Shown here: positions 1-11,700 of the stretch, piece by piece
Numbering within the stretch: position 1 is the stretch's first letter
How the letters are laid out: every line of letters starts with the position of its first letter
Assembly (NCBI RefSeq): GCF_037042905.1
Contig: NC_087252.1
Span: 7,070,001-7,134,000 of the forward strand
Source: Lytechinus pictus
Lineage: Eukaryota
DNA: 64,000 bases
Direction of reading: 5' to 3'
The notes under the pieces: generated by a model
The model's input: only the letters and a program-made list of their open reading frames with translations
Databases searched by the model: none
What the model was told of the DNA's origin: nothing
Translations under genes and position numbers: made by a program

Positions 1-359
1 ACCAGCAGATATGTCAAGTGCCTAGCGGTTCGCGAATCGATCACCCCATGCACGGCCAACGCGCGTCATTGAACTTGGGATATCCTATTGGAAAGGTGAA
101 AGCCGACTCTCTCTGCCTCTTATTACAACAAGTATTGGTAATCCAACATGTGATTATAATCATGATAATAGTGACATCTCAGGCACTACTCATTCCAGAC
201 TTTTACCCATCAAAACTCTCTGACTTTTTCATACTGTTTTGTTACAGCATTTATCTCATGCATGACAAAAAAATGATATGTCTTGCTATAAAACATGTTG
301 TCAGACAATATTTTACTCGTAGATCACAATTTTATGCAGTTTATGTTTATGTTTATGTT

Positions 360-2269
360 TACCTTGGTCACATTTGCTCTACGGCGGCCGTACGGCGGCC
401 GTAGATACCTGAATTCGAGAGATTTCTGCGGCGGCCGCAGAAAATCTGCGGTGGCCGCAGGGTCGACGTACGGCGGATTCCTAATTTTTACAGACCGTAG
501 GGGTGGCCGTAGAATTTTAACTCGGAGTTATAACATTTTTTCTTTTCTACGCTCGCCGTAGAAATTAAACTAGCCGTAGGAATTAGACTAGCCGTAGGCA
601 TGGCGTAGAACGGTCTACGGCGGCCGTACGTCGAGCGTACGGTGGCCGTGCGGCTGCCCTCGTGTTTTTCTTCCCTCCTTTCCCCTTCTCCTTTTGTGTG
701 ATCTGCTCGGGAGCCATCAGGCGCGTGTTTAGAATTTTGCACCTCGGGGGCCCGACCTATAATTTTGGCCCATATGCATGTGTACTTTTCAACAAAAAAA
801 ATGGTGACCCTTCCTTGTCAGGCAAACAGGTGCCATGAATGCATGATGAATTATCTTATTTCATTATCATATGAAAAAGGGCAACTGCAGACCACTTTTT
901 TAATAATGACTTGATAAAAAGTAATCTATCCATGAATATGATGTAATTTAAAGAACAAATGTGACCAGGAAGCACAGATATTGCCCTTTCACCAGCGGCT
1001 AACTTGGGTAAAATATGACGTTATTATCATTATCATTATTATTAGTATTATCATGGGGAGTTAAATGCTGATTTTTGTTGTTTCCTAGGGTGTAGTTCTT
1101 ACTTAAGACTAACGCGTTTATTAACATCTTAACTTTATTCATACAAACAAGTTAACATGGTTAAGGGAGATTTATTTCATAAGTCTAAATAAATAATGCG
1201 AACGTGATTTTTGATAGCTTGTGTATAGACCTGAAAATAGAATATTCTGAGAAGTTTTGTAAGCATGAGCAGGATGGGTATCTCTCTATATGTCAGGGTG
1301 AGCTGAAAATTGTCTATATTCTAAAATGACCCAAAGTTTGGAAATTCTAAGCATTATTGGTAATCATGAACAGGACGGGCACTTAAAAATTATTCGATCC
1401 GAGCGCGAAGCGCGAGCTGAACCTTTTTTATATTCCGTTCCAAAACTAGACATTCTACACAATTTAGGTAATCACTAGGTAATCATTAACAGGATGTCCA
1501 TCTAACTAATCATTCGATGCGAGCGCGAAGCGCGAATCACCCCAAAGTTCGATTTGCCCCCCCCCCCCTTCTTAGGTCGAACATTACTGATCATATATAT
1601 TCAGATCAGTGTCAAACATTAATTTGGCGAACCCCCCCCCCCTTCCTAGGTCGAACATCAATTTGCCCCCCCCCCCCCCACACACACACTTTTATTACTC
1701 CCCCTTTCCCCTTTTCTCTTCTCTTCTTTTCTCTTCTTCTTGTTTCCTTCTATCTTTCTTTTCTCCCTTTTCTCTTTCTCTTCTTTCCCCTCCTTTTTTA
1801 TCTCCCTCCTTTTTTATCTCCCTTTTCTTTTCCTTTCTTTCCTCCCTCTTTCTGGCGCCCCCTTTTCCCCGACCCCCCCCCCCTCCCTCCCAACCAGAAT
1901 ACGGGCATGGGCATGGTGCGACACTTTGAAAACTTTATGAAATGAAATGTCTAATGTAAAATATCATGATGAGTGTGACAGGCAATTCATGGTATACTCA
2001 CTGTATAGTCCCCCTGCCGTCGCCGTGAGGGCGCCTTGCGGCCACCTTGCGTCTGCCGTAGTATTTGTCAAAAACCTACGGCCAGCGCAGGGTCGCCCTA
2101 CTGCGACGTGATTTTTTTCTCCATAAATTAAAAAATACGCCGTGCGGCGACCGTAACATATGTGACCGCTAGAGTAAATGGCCGTGGAAATTCTGCGGCG
2201 ACCGTAGAATTGCTACTCGCCGTAGAAATTTTAGAATCTACGGCGGCCGTAGCAAATGTGACCAAGGTA
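360..2269. mobile_element. Non-autonomous TIR DNA transposon with subterminal CTACGGCGGCCGTAG palindromes, carrying other repeat fragments inside
   Basis: Left end TACCTTGGTCACATTTGCT (360) and right end AGCAAATGTGACCAAGGTA (to 2269) are inverted copies. Many CTACGG/CCGTAG repeats lie near both ends. No transposase ORF; TSD unclear because the left flank is (GTTTAT)n. Confidence 0.7.
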
Positions 2270-2824
2270 TTACTCGTGTGAAAATTAGTTTCTCCATTCG
2301 CATTGTACATGATATAGGGCCTATGGCGGCCATTTTGAATTTCAAAATACAGCATTTATTACATAAATGGCATATTAACAATGATGTTTTTAGTCAGTAT
2401 TCCACTCGTTTTCTTAATAATATGTATTTTAGTGCTCACTCTTGTCATTTTTTGGACCGGCCGTTGCCATTGTACATGAGCCAGTCATGCCAGTGGCGGC
2501 TATTTCAGATATCAAAATACAGCAATGTTCCCATAATGACATAATAAATTATATATCTCGTTAGTAATGATGATTAGCATAATTGTATTACTTCTTTCAT
2601 ACATCGCGTTTTTTAGCGGTTTATAGTGCTCATTTTTGTGAAAATTAGTTTTCCCTATTCATATTGTACATAATAGAGTATACAATGGCCTACGGCGGCC
2701 ATTTTGAATATCAGGAAAATAAATAATTTGTCAAAAATTATTTTTTCAGAGAGTATTTCACTCCTGCCACACGATCATGCATTGCATAGCCAATGTGCGG
2801 ACAATTTTAGGATTTTCATGGGTA

Positions 2825-3215
2825 ATTTTTCGGCATTACTCCTATTTGTTTGAGATCATTATGCTCGATCTGTAATGAAAATCATAAGATCAGTATGCTC
2901 GATGTGTAATGAAAACCATGAGATCATAAGTCAGAAAAAAAATGGAACCAGTGGGATTCGAACCTGCCATCTACTGCTTTCCGGGCAGCGACTCAACCAC
3001 CAGGCTATTCTGGTTCACGGCTAAGCCACGATGAACTGGTATTCAAATACCCTCGATCCTCTTCTTTCTGACTCATTAATATTCAAATGCCGTCCGCCGT
3101 GGACAATAGACAGTAAATTAAGAGGCTTTTTATAGGAGGAAATTATAATTTGTAAACAAATTTTCATTACAGATCGAGCAAAATGATCTTAAACAAATAG
3201 GAGTAATGCCGAAAA
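2825..3215. repeat. ~55-bp inverted repeats enclosing a tRNA-like unit
   Basis: TTTTCGGCATTACTCCTATTTGTTTGAGATCATTATGCTCGATCTGTAATGAAAA (~2827-2881) is the near-perfect reverse complement of ~3161-3215. Confidence 0.75.
2943..3017 (-). ncRNA. tRNA-like (tRNA-derived/pseudo) Pol III unit
   Basis: Minus strand shows a GAACCA/TGGTTC acceptor-like stem, A-box TAGCCTGGTGG, anticodon-arm-like GCTGC-CCGGAAA-GCAGT and B-box GGTTCGAATCC, followed immediately by T8. The T-stem has two mismatches. Confidence 0.55.
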
Positions 3216-3260
3216 TTTGTTAACAAATTAAAAAACTGGAAGCTCTTTTCTCCTAATAAT

Positions 3261-3511
3261 CAGTGGCGTAATGAGCCCCAAAATTGAGGGAGTCGAATAT
3301 GTCATATGTGTCAAAACTTAATGAAAGTTGTTAGCGGGCTATAGAAAAAATTCTGACATTTTTATCTCAGAAATCCAATTTTGTATCAGATTTTGAGCTC
3401 GAGAATATTTAGAAAATGATTTTGTTTTTCCCCCTTCTCTCTTTTTTTCTTACCTTTTCATTCCTTTTCTCTTTTTTGCCCCCCCCCCCATCTGTACGCT
3501 ACAGGCCACTG
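3261..3511. mobile_element. Short hAT-like MITE
   Basis: CAGTGGC...GCCACTG termini; flanks CTAATAAT / ATATTAAT match 6/8. Confidence 0.4.
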
Positions 3512-6290
3512 ATATTAATCTTTAAAAAAAATAGTTTGTTGCTATTATTGGATGAATAATTTTCATTGAATCTATTAGTTCAGAAAACTTCTAAACACAG
3601 CCTTTCGTGAAAATCTACCACCGGTTGTCCCGAAGAGGTGCGTTAATTTGAATCCCCTCCCTAAACCCACAAAAGTTCCCCAGCTTTTCTCGAAAGGGTA
3701 CGGCCATCATAGCTCCGCGAACGCAGCCAATCGTAACAAGCCGAATGTTTCGACTTCAGATGGTTACGAAGTCAAGTTCATCTCCAAGATCTAGTTTTTC
3801 AAAGTAAAGATATACAGTGTATTAAAATCATTTATGATAGATAACTAATGATAATTGATTGATTCGTTTTAAATTGCATTGAAATCATTGAATATCAATA
3901 AATAAATTTTCATAACGAATTAATCAAATGGAACACAAAATTATAAATGGTTTATACTAATTGGGTTCTACCTTTCTTCAAGATTGTCTTGCACTCTCAT
4001 CATTATGGGCCCTCAACTTTTCTACTCCCGATACGTTCATCCTTATAGAAAGTTGTTAAGTACCAGTTTGAATATTCTGATTCAACTTCTAGGAGAGTAC
4101 TTGAAAGTAATCGCCTTGTTAACAACCTTGGGAAATTTTTTCTGATTAACGTAAGCAATTAATAGCATGGTGATATTATCAATAACGCTGTCACTCTTGA
4201 CTGATAAAAAAATCTTAAAATAAAGCAAAATATATTCTCAATTGACGTATATGGCATTGGGGGTACACGATAGTGTAGGGCAGTCTTTGTTTAATGTAGT
4301 CTTTGGCAGCCTTTTTAGTTCATGTAAATGGTGACAAACACACTAATGTCCTTGTCCCTTTGCGATTTTTCTTCTTAGAACGGGCCCTTTGCGCACTAAA
4401 TAAATTGAGTGATTGGAAATCAGTAGGTGATATAGGTCCCTTAGTACAGATAAAGATCCTAACCTGAAATTGGTATCCCATTTATATCCAACAGAAAATA
4501 ATGTAAAGTCAGGGCATAACTTCACAAAATTTGTTCAGTGCAGTGATATCATTCATATCATCTACGTTGAAGCATGGCTCTGGGAAGCAGTGCCACAACC
4601 ATATATAGGCAACAACACATGGAAATCAGGTTGTATACTAAAATGAAAAAAAAATCTACCCAAATCACTTTAGTGTTGTTAACTGTGGAGCTTTAAACCC
4701 CCTTTTTTTTCGCTTGTCATATTTTTCATCTTGACCCAATCACAAAAGATCAATAAGTTCACATCATATTTTAACACAATAGTACATAAAAACTCACCTT
4801 ATACAGCTATCAACAATACACTTGCTTGTATCCGTCTTTTTCCCATTTGGTATGTTTGGCGAGCAAAGTGAAGTTTCGACGAGCTCTAAATTCATTTCAA
4901 CGTAAACCAAGTTTTTAATGTTCTTGGTTTAAAAGTTAAATATCTAGAATATTACATATACGTTTCTTATGAAGAGGGCGTTAAACAAAATATAGTTGGG
5001 GTTATAATTGAGCGAGATGCAGTCTTCCTTTGGTTTTTCTAGAGGAGTTTTTCATCTTCATGCTGAGCAATAATGGATTAGTGAACAGTGCGTATTTATG
5101 ACCGCATGCACTCCAAAAAAATTGCCAAATTTCGAAATTTGATAACTTTCTTATGTTTATCAAGTTCGATTAAACTGGTTGGGTATTACTCGTAGAATTT
5201 TACTCTATAAATACCATTTTCTTCAGCCAGGGGTATCACTTTAAAGAGCCAATTCCACCCAACAATAAGTAAATCTGATTAAAATGAGTAAAGTGTAATT
5301 ATCTTATGATAGTCGTCTATTGCGTTTTTTTTTCTCACTTCATCATTTATTTCAACATCTGAAGAACTAAAAGGAAAATAGTTACAGTGGAATTGTCGAG
5401 CTTTTTTGACCTATTTAAAATTTGTATAGTTAGCTACTATCCACATTGGAGGCAATATGGCATTATTTTGTGTTTTAACATGATATACCGCACCCTTTCC
5501 GCAGGTAAACACGGGGTTCAGGCATAGCACTAGACACGAACATCCTCTCATCTCTTTGTTATTGATCGAAAAGTAAGCCATCATTTGATTTAAATTAACA
5601 AAGTCTTTCAAACCGAGGGTAAGAATTTATTTTCCTTGTCTCAAAATTCATAGACACGCATACATGCACTCTTAATTTGGTCAGTCGAATGATCAATGTA
5701 TGCAAGAAGTATTGATGAACAGATTGCTGGGGTATGGATGTGGAGGAAATCCAAAATTGTGTACAAAATTTTAGGTCAAGAAAACACATTTTATATATTA
5801 ATTCATGAAACATTGTAATTTTCACACAGTTATCAATTATCTCTTAAGTTTAATAATAAGGGTAGATCTTGTGGCTAGGATCTTTCGACTGCAGTGTATG
5901 TTCCAAGTTCTGACAATTTTTTTTAAACTTGTTAACAGAATACCAATCACACAAATAATTAGGTTTAAAAAAAACATTTATTATAGTAAACTATTCTAAC
6001 AAGGATTACAGGTTATAAACATAGAAACATATGAAGATATTAACAGTTTTATACAATTCAACGATTATTGATGATGCTTAGCTATTTATTCCTCTTCTCT
6101 GATTCTTCGTTTCCTTGCTTGAGTGTTCTGACGTTAACCATTTATCTGACGTCAGCTCATGTTTCTGGATAAACCCTAGACCAATGATTCCGTCCCGTCT
6201 CTTTAACTCCAGCTACATATAAAAAATCCTTAACACCCTGTTAAATTGAATATAAATATAACAAATTTATTGTGATTTATTTATGAATAT

Positions 6291-6932
6291 TGTTATGTAG
6301 TATGTAGTTAACTTCCTGTTATCCTTTCAGTCATTCACCTTCACTTGTTTACAAACACCCCCAATGTCATCTAAGAATCCCAAACCCCCCAAGACCATTT
6401 AACTCCTAAACCTTGACCATAAAATGACCAACCCTCAGTGACGTCAGGTTACTTCATGGAAGAAGTATGACTCACACTTCCAGCCCCAGTCACTCGCACA
6501 GAGAATCACCACACCCCTTATACCAGAGAAAGTTTGATAGACAGTTACCTGTAGACCAATCAGATCGAATTTAGAGATCACTCCCACCTTAAATTGTTAC
6601 ACCCCCAAAACTAATGATATAAATAAGACTTCTTGATTATTGGAGATAGAGAATACCAACGATAGAATACTAGACCCACACGAATCCTGACTGACTGACT
6701 TCAAAACTTAGATGTCCATCCAGTATTAATTTAACTTCACTTCGAATCTTAATCTTATACTTCGAAATTATTTTATATTCATCGTCTTCTATTATATCTG
6801 AATCTTCATGTACTTCGAACTGTAGCTGAATATTGATGAATAAATACTTTGTGATATTGAACTGCTTAAGTTTCTTCAAGTTTCCTCATTACGCTTCCCA
6901 TCAATAATCACCGAACCGATCCCAACATAACA
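6291..6932 (+). repeat. 5' LTR of Gypsy element 1
   Basis: Direct repeat of 18405-19046; only one substitution noticed (CACTCGCAC vs CACCCGCAC). Confidence 0.97.
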
Positions 6933-6947
6933 TGGTGGAGAACCGGC
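6933..6947 (+). promoter_or_regulatory. Primer-binding site, possibly tRNA-Ala
   Basis: TGGTGGAGAACCGGC directly after the LTR; TGGTGGAGA is complementary to a tRNA-Ala-type 3' end (...UCUCCACCA). Confidence 0.65.
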
Positions 6948-7630
6948 TTTAATATATAGTACTTCTTCAAGAGTCCAAAATTGACAAAACGCGGAGCCGA
7001 AAAGCTTATGAATTTGCCAACCAGCTACAAACCAAAACACGAACTGAATATACTTCACAAATAGACAACATTGAATCTTTGATTAGACAGCCACCAGCTA
7101 CAACATCACAAGCTCGATTCAACAGAGCCGGTCCAGAAAAAAAAAAAAGACGGATAGATCAGACGGACAGAACAGACGGATAGAGCAGACGGAAGACACA
7201 GACGGAAGATACAGACGGTAGGAAAGGAAGACACCTTCACCAACGATTGACTGATTTCCATCGCATCGAGTGACTATCAACTTGACCCTTCTTTAACTAA
7301 ATAAATGACTCTGACTCTTTCGCTGAATTGTGCAATTGTTTAATTAATTTTGGAGGACATATTTCGATAGGTAAGTGAAACCATTTCTCTTATTGTTCCA
7401 CTGGTGAAAAAGAGTGTGTGAGAGATTGAGTTTTCAGATTGTTTATTTGCCCAGCAACAAGTAATTTTTAAACGTTTTCTGTTTGTTTTTGCCAGATCGT
7501 GATTAACTAGTAATTTGACTGTCAGAATTACTGTTGATTAGTAGTTTATCAATACTTTATATTTTACGGTTCAATTCTAATTGCCGAATTTGATTTTATC
7601 ACTTTAGTCAATTACCCTGTATCAATAATC

Positions 7631-8713
7631 ATGACTTCAACGAACACCTCCCGACAAACCCTACGACAGACTGACTTTCTCCCATCCCGTTTCTCGGGTG
7701 ATAAACTTGATAGGGACAACTCGACTGCGCACTTCTTGACTTTCGACGACTATCTAGATGCGCATGACATTGACAAAGCCGACCCCGACCAATTCCAGAC
7801 AATACTGCGAACATTTAGACGGACTTTACAAGGACAGGCGCGACTTTGGATTGACGGACTTCAATTTAATACGTATAGCGACCTTAAGGATGGGTTCATA
7901 AGACGGTTTAGTCCCGCTAAATCGTCATATAGCCATGTGACGGACTTCAAAAATATGACCATGACGAATGACGAGAGCGCAGACGCGTTCTTGCAAAGGT
8001 TGCGAACAACAGCAGCCTACATCGAATATGGGGAAACCCAGATTAGGCATAAGTTGTTGGATTCTTTGCCATCAGACTGCCGCGCGACCATACTAATGAC
8101 CGCCCCCAACCTGACCTCAGAAGAAATAGCGGCGAAAGCCCAACTATTTTTAGACCTCAATCATAGACAGACTAAGCCGACCAAGGAGTTATCTTTCTCT
8201 GCTCAAGAGGAAATAGATCAATTAAAGGAGCAAATACACTATTTAAACCTCAAGACAGACAGAGACAATGATAATAAGCCAAAATCCCCCACCCAACGAC
8301 CCCCAACCCCACAACAACGTAGTGCTAGTCGTAGCACTAGTCGCAGCGTAAGCCGCGAAAGGCGACGTGACATCAGTCACGATAGACGAGACGACCGGCG
8401 CAATGACGTGCAAAACAGACGCGGTAGAAGCCCCTATCGATCGGACGGACAGACAAACCGACCACCAACACGTCCCAGACTTACATGCAACTACTGTGGC
8501 ATCCCTGGCCATATATGGCGAGAATGTCGAAAAAGACTTAGGGACATGACAACCCCACCACCCCCCTTCCCTGACTACCATGACTACTATGCCCCTGCAT
8601 ACGGTAGTTATGCCAACCATCAATACTACCCACAACAACAACAACAGCCCCAATATCAACAACCCCACTGTCAACAACAACCCCAAACTCAACCACGCCC
8701 ACAGGATTTTTAA
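7631..8713 (+). CDS. gag: Gag of Gypsy element 1
   Basis: 360-aa ORF with a capsid-like region (LQGQARLWI, F..RF), an Arg/Ser-rich segment and a CCHC knuckle CNYCGIPGHIWREC. Confidence 0.93.
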   Translation: MTSTNTSRQTLRQTDFLPSRFSGDKLDRDNSTAHFLTFDDYLDAHDIDKADPDQFQTILRTFRRTLQGQARLWIDGLQFNTYSDLKDGFIRRFSPAKSSYSHVTDFKNMTMTNDESADAFLQRLRTTAAYIEYGETQIRHKLLDSLPSDCRATILMTAPNLTSEEIAAKAQLFLDLNHRQTKPTKELSFSAQEEIDQLKEQIHYLNLKTDRDNDNKPKSPTQRPPTPQQRSASRSTSRSVSRERRRDISHDRRDDRRNDVQNRRGRSPYRSDGQTNRPPTRPRLTCNYCGIPGHIWRECRKRLRDMTTPPPPFPDYHDYYAPAYGSYANHQYYPQQQQQPQYQQPHCQQQPQTQPRPQDF

Positions 8714-8760
8714 GACGGGAGAGAGCCAATAGCGCTCATTGTTCTTTCTCCCCGACTAAC

Positions 8761-11700
8761 ATGACTAAGAATAGGCCTGACAAAAACATGACATCTGCTC
8801 ATTTAGGGATTGACGAAGTTGACTTACAACTAACGGAACGCAACTTTACTAAGGGACGACTACCAGATAGGACAACTGCACTAATTCTTTTTGACAGTGG
8901 TGCATCCAAATCCATCATATCCGGACGACTATTGAAATCCTCCCCCTATCTCTCTAAATTGACACCAACCAAAGTATCCCCAGTTAGATTCAAATTAGGC
9001 AACGGACAATTTCTAACATCAGACAAGGCAGTAAAATTTCGACTAGAAATTCAGGGACACAGATTTGAAATCACAGCACTAATCGCCATCAATCTTGTAG
9101 GCGTAGACCTAATATTAGGCACTAACACGCTTTCTGATTTGGATGGAACACTCCACTTCAGAAATAACAGGTTCAGAATCAAGTCAAAACACATTTCCTT
9201 TGCCCCACCGAGTACATTGATAGTTTCCCCAGGTGACTCGACATTCCTGACTTTGCAAGGCAAGACCCCACCCCACATTCGGAACTCCGACGTTGTATTG
9301 AAGTCTAATAAATATCTATCCCGCTATTGCCCCACGACAAGCATTGTTTCCCTGCATAGAGGACGAGCTCAAGTCCTCGTAACTAACTTGACTGACAGAC
9401 CTGTAACCTTCTCTAAAGGTAGACCAATAGCTTTCCTAGACACTACAAGACTAATTAATGCCACCCAAGACCTCCCAACGGACTGCTTGAACATGACAAT
9501 GAATTCGAATAACAATCTGTACACTGGACAACATCATGATCATGATGACTCAGTCAAACAGAATAATCTTAGGAAATACCCTCATATTGACCCTAATGAC
9601 CCCATTGCTAACATGACAGAAGATGAAATTATCCGTAAACAAATTGACCTTAATAGTAGCGTTCTCACTCCTCCCGAACAGCAAGAAATAAGAAATATAC
9701 TAAAGGAAAACAGAGATGCTTTCTCTTTGTATGGTGAAATTTCTAGCTGCCCTGACTTTGAAGTTGACATTGAACTGAATAATGATGACCCCTTCTTCAT
9801 AAGACCATACTTCGCTACTGAAGATGGCAAGACTACCATTGAAAAGGAATTGAGCAAACTTGTCAAGCTAGGTATACTAGAAATAGGCCACCAACCATAC
9901 ACCTCTCCAGTTCTTCTCCTATCAAAGAAGACCACGTCTGAAAAGAGAGTTGTTACAGACTTTAGATTCCTGAATGCACGTATCAAGAGAAGAAATCACC
10001 CTTTCCCACTATTTTCGGAAACTCTCAAAAGAATCGGCAATGCTACCACAAAAGTACTAAGTGTAATTGATCTGAAATCTGCATTTCATTGCATCCCCCT
10101 CTCAAAATCCGCTCAAAAGTACACAGGCATAGCTTCCTATCATGGAGGAAAGCATTACTACTACAAACGACTAGCCCAAGGACTAAATGTATCCCCTGCC
10201 ATTTTCCAGGCAAGAATTGATGAGATATTGGCCACCGTACCCAATTCTAGGAATTTTTGTATTGCCCATCATGACGACATCATCCTTTTCAGCCCTGACA
10301 AAGAATCACACAAGACCCATTTGACAAGTGTATTAGAAGCCCTATCAAGTAATGGACTTAAAGTAAGCCCCAAGAAGTGTAAACTTTTTAGGAATGACGT
10401 AGAATACATGGGACACAGAATCATGATTACTCCTCAGGGAGAAGCATGTTTCAAACCGATGACAGATAGATGCAAAGCGATTGCAAATCTAGCTAGGCCC
10501 AAAACTCCAAGACAAGTCAGACGATTTGTTGGAGCAGTTAATTATGTAGCAGGATTTTTCCCCAATACCCAGACCATCCTAAAGCCCCTTCATCAACTAA
10601 CTAGAAAGAAGAATAAATTCCATTGGACAGATGAACACGAGAATGCCTTTAATATTAAGATTAAACAACTAATGACTAATCCACCCATCTTACACATGCC
10701 CCAATCAACCGGACGATTTTCGCTTTACAGTGATACATCTCGTACTGCGACAGGTTCATACCTAACCCAGGTTATTAACGGAAAAGAACAAATAATCGGA
10801 TATTATTCCAAAGTACTCCCAGACGCATGTACACGTTACAGTGTGACAGAATTGGAATTGTTTGGATTGTTGATCAACGTCACAGCCTTTAAGCATTTGC
10901 TAATAGGATGTGAATTTGATGCATTCGTTGACCACAGTTCGATAGTTCAAATTCTCAAATCCAAGGAAGCCCCATGTACAAACAGATTAGAGAAATTGAT
11001 CCTGAAATTATCCCAATACTCATTCAAGATAGGATATAAGAAAGGTACTGATTTAGTATTAGCAGACTTTCTTTCTAGAGCACCAACCACTGGCGAGTCA
11101 GAAATAGATAGAGTAATCCCAATTGCTTATTGTTTGTTTGATGAGACCGATTTGATTGACATGAACACCTTAAACCCAACCCAACAAACCGATCGCGTAG
11201 TTACTCGAGCCTATGCAAAGAAAATGGGTATCCCCATTCCTGAAATCCATCCCAAGAAACCTGACAAGTGTGAACGAACCCCTCCAAATGCCAATCTCCC
11301 TACACAAAAGCGAGCCGACAAACCACACCAAAACAAACCACTATCTCTACAACCTAGACCTTCTCATTCACAATCCACTCACGGACCCCCAAGACAGGAC
11401 ACACCTCCTGCACGCCCACAACATGATTACCATCCTTCCCATTCACAGAATCATGACAAAACTTTTCCTCATCCCAGACACACCCCACCTGTTCCCAACA
11501 CAGAGCCCAGACTTGTTGACAGATGTAACGACACAGTTACTGACCATTATCGTGAAGTACCCAGTGAACTCTATATCCCCTCGAGACCACTGACCTCAGA
11601 GGTAAACAACATTAAGGCCAAACACATTCCAAAGCAGCAAGAACTAGACAGGATCACTGAGTTGATAAAGAGAAAAATAATTAGGGACTACAATCTACCT

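Noticed and set aside
1517..1945. Three overlapping Phe/Leu/Pro/Ser-rich ORFs
   Set aside because: Translation of a C/T low-complexity tract; no domain signal.
2943..3017. Functional tRNA-Ser(GGA)
   Set aside because: T-stem mismatches, weak D-arm, C instead of U33, and no long variable arm.
6670..6879. Duplicated small ORFs (also 18784-18993, 35443-35873, 40306-40736)
   Set aside because: Duplicated only because they lie in LTRs.
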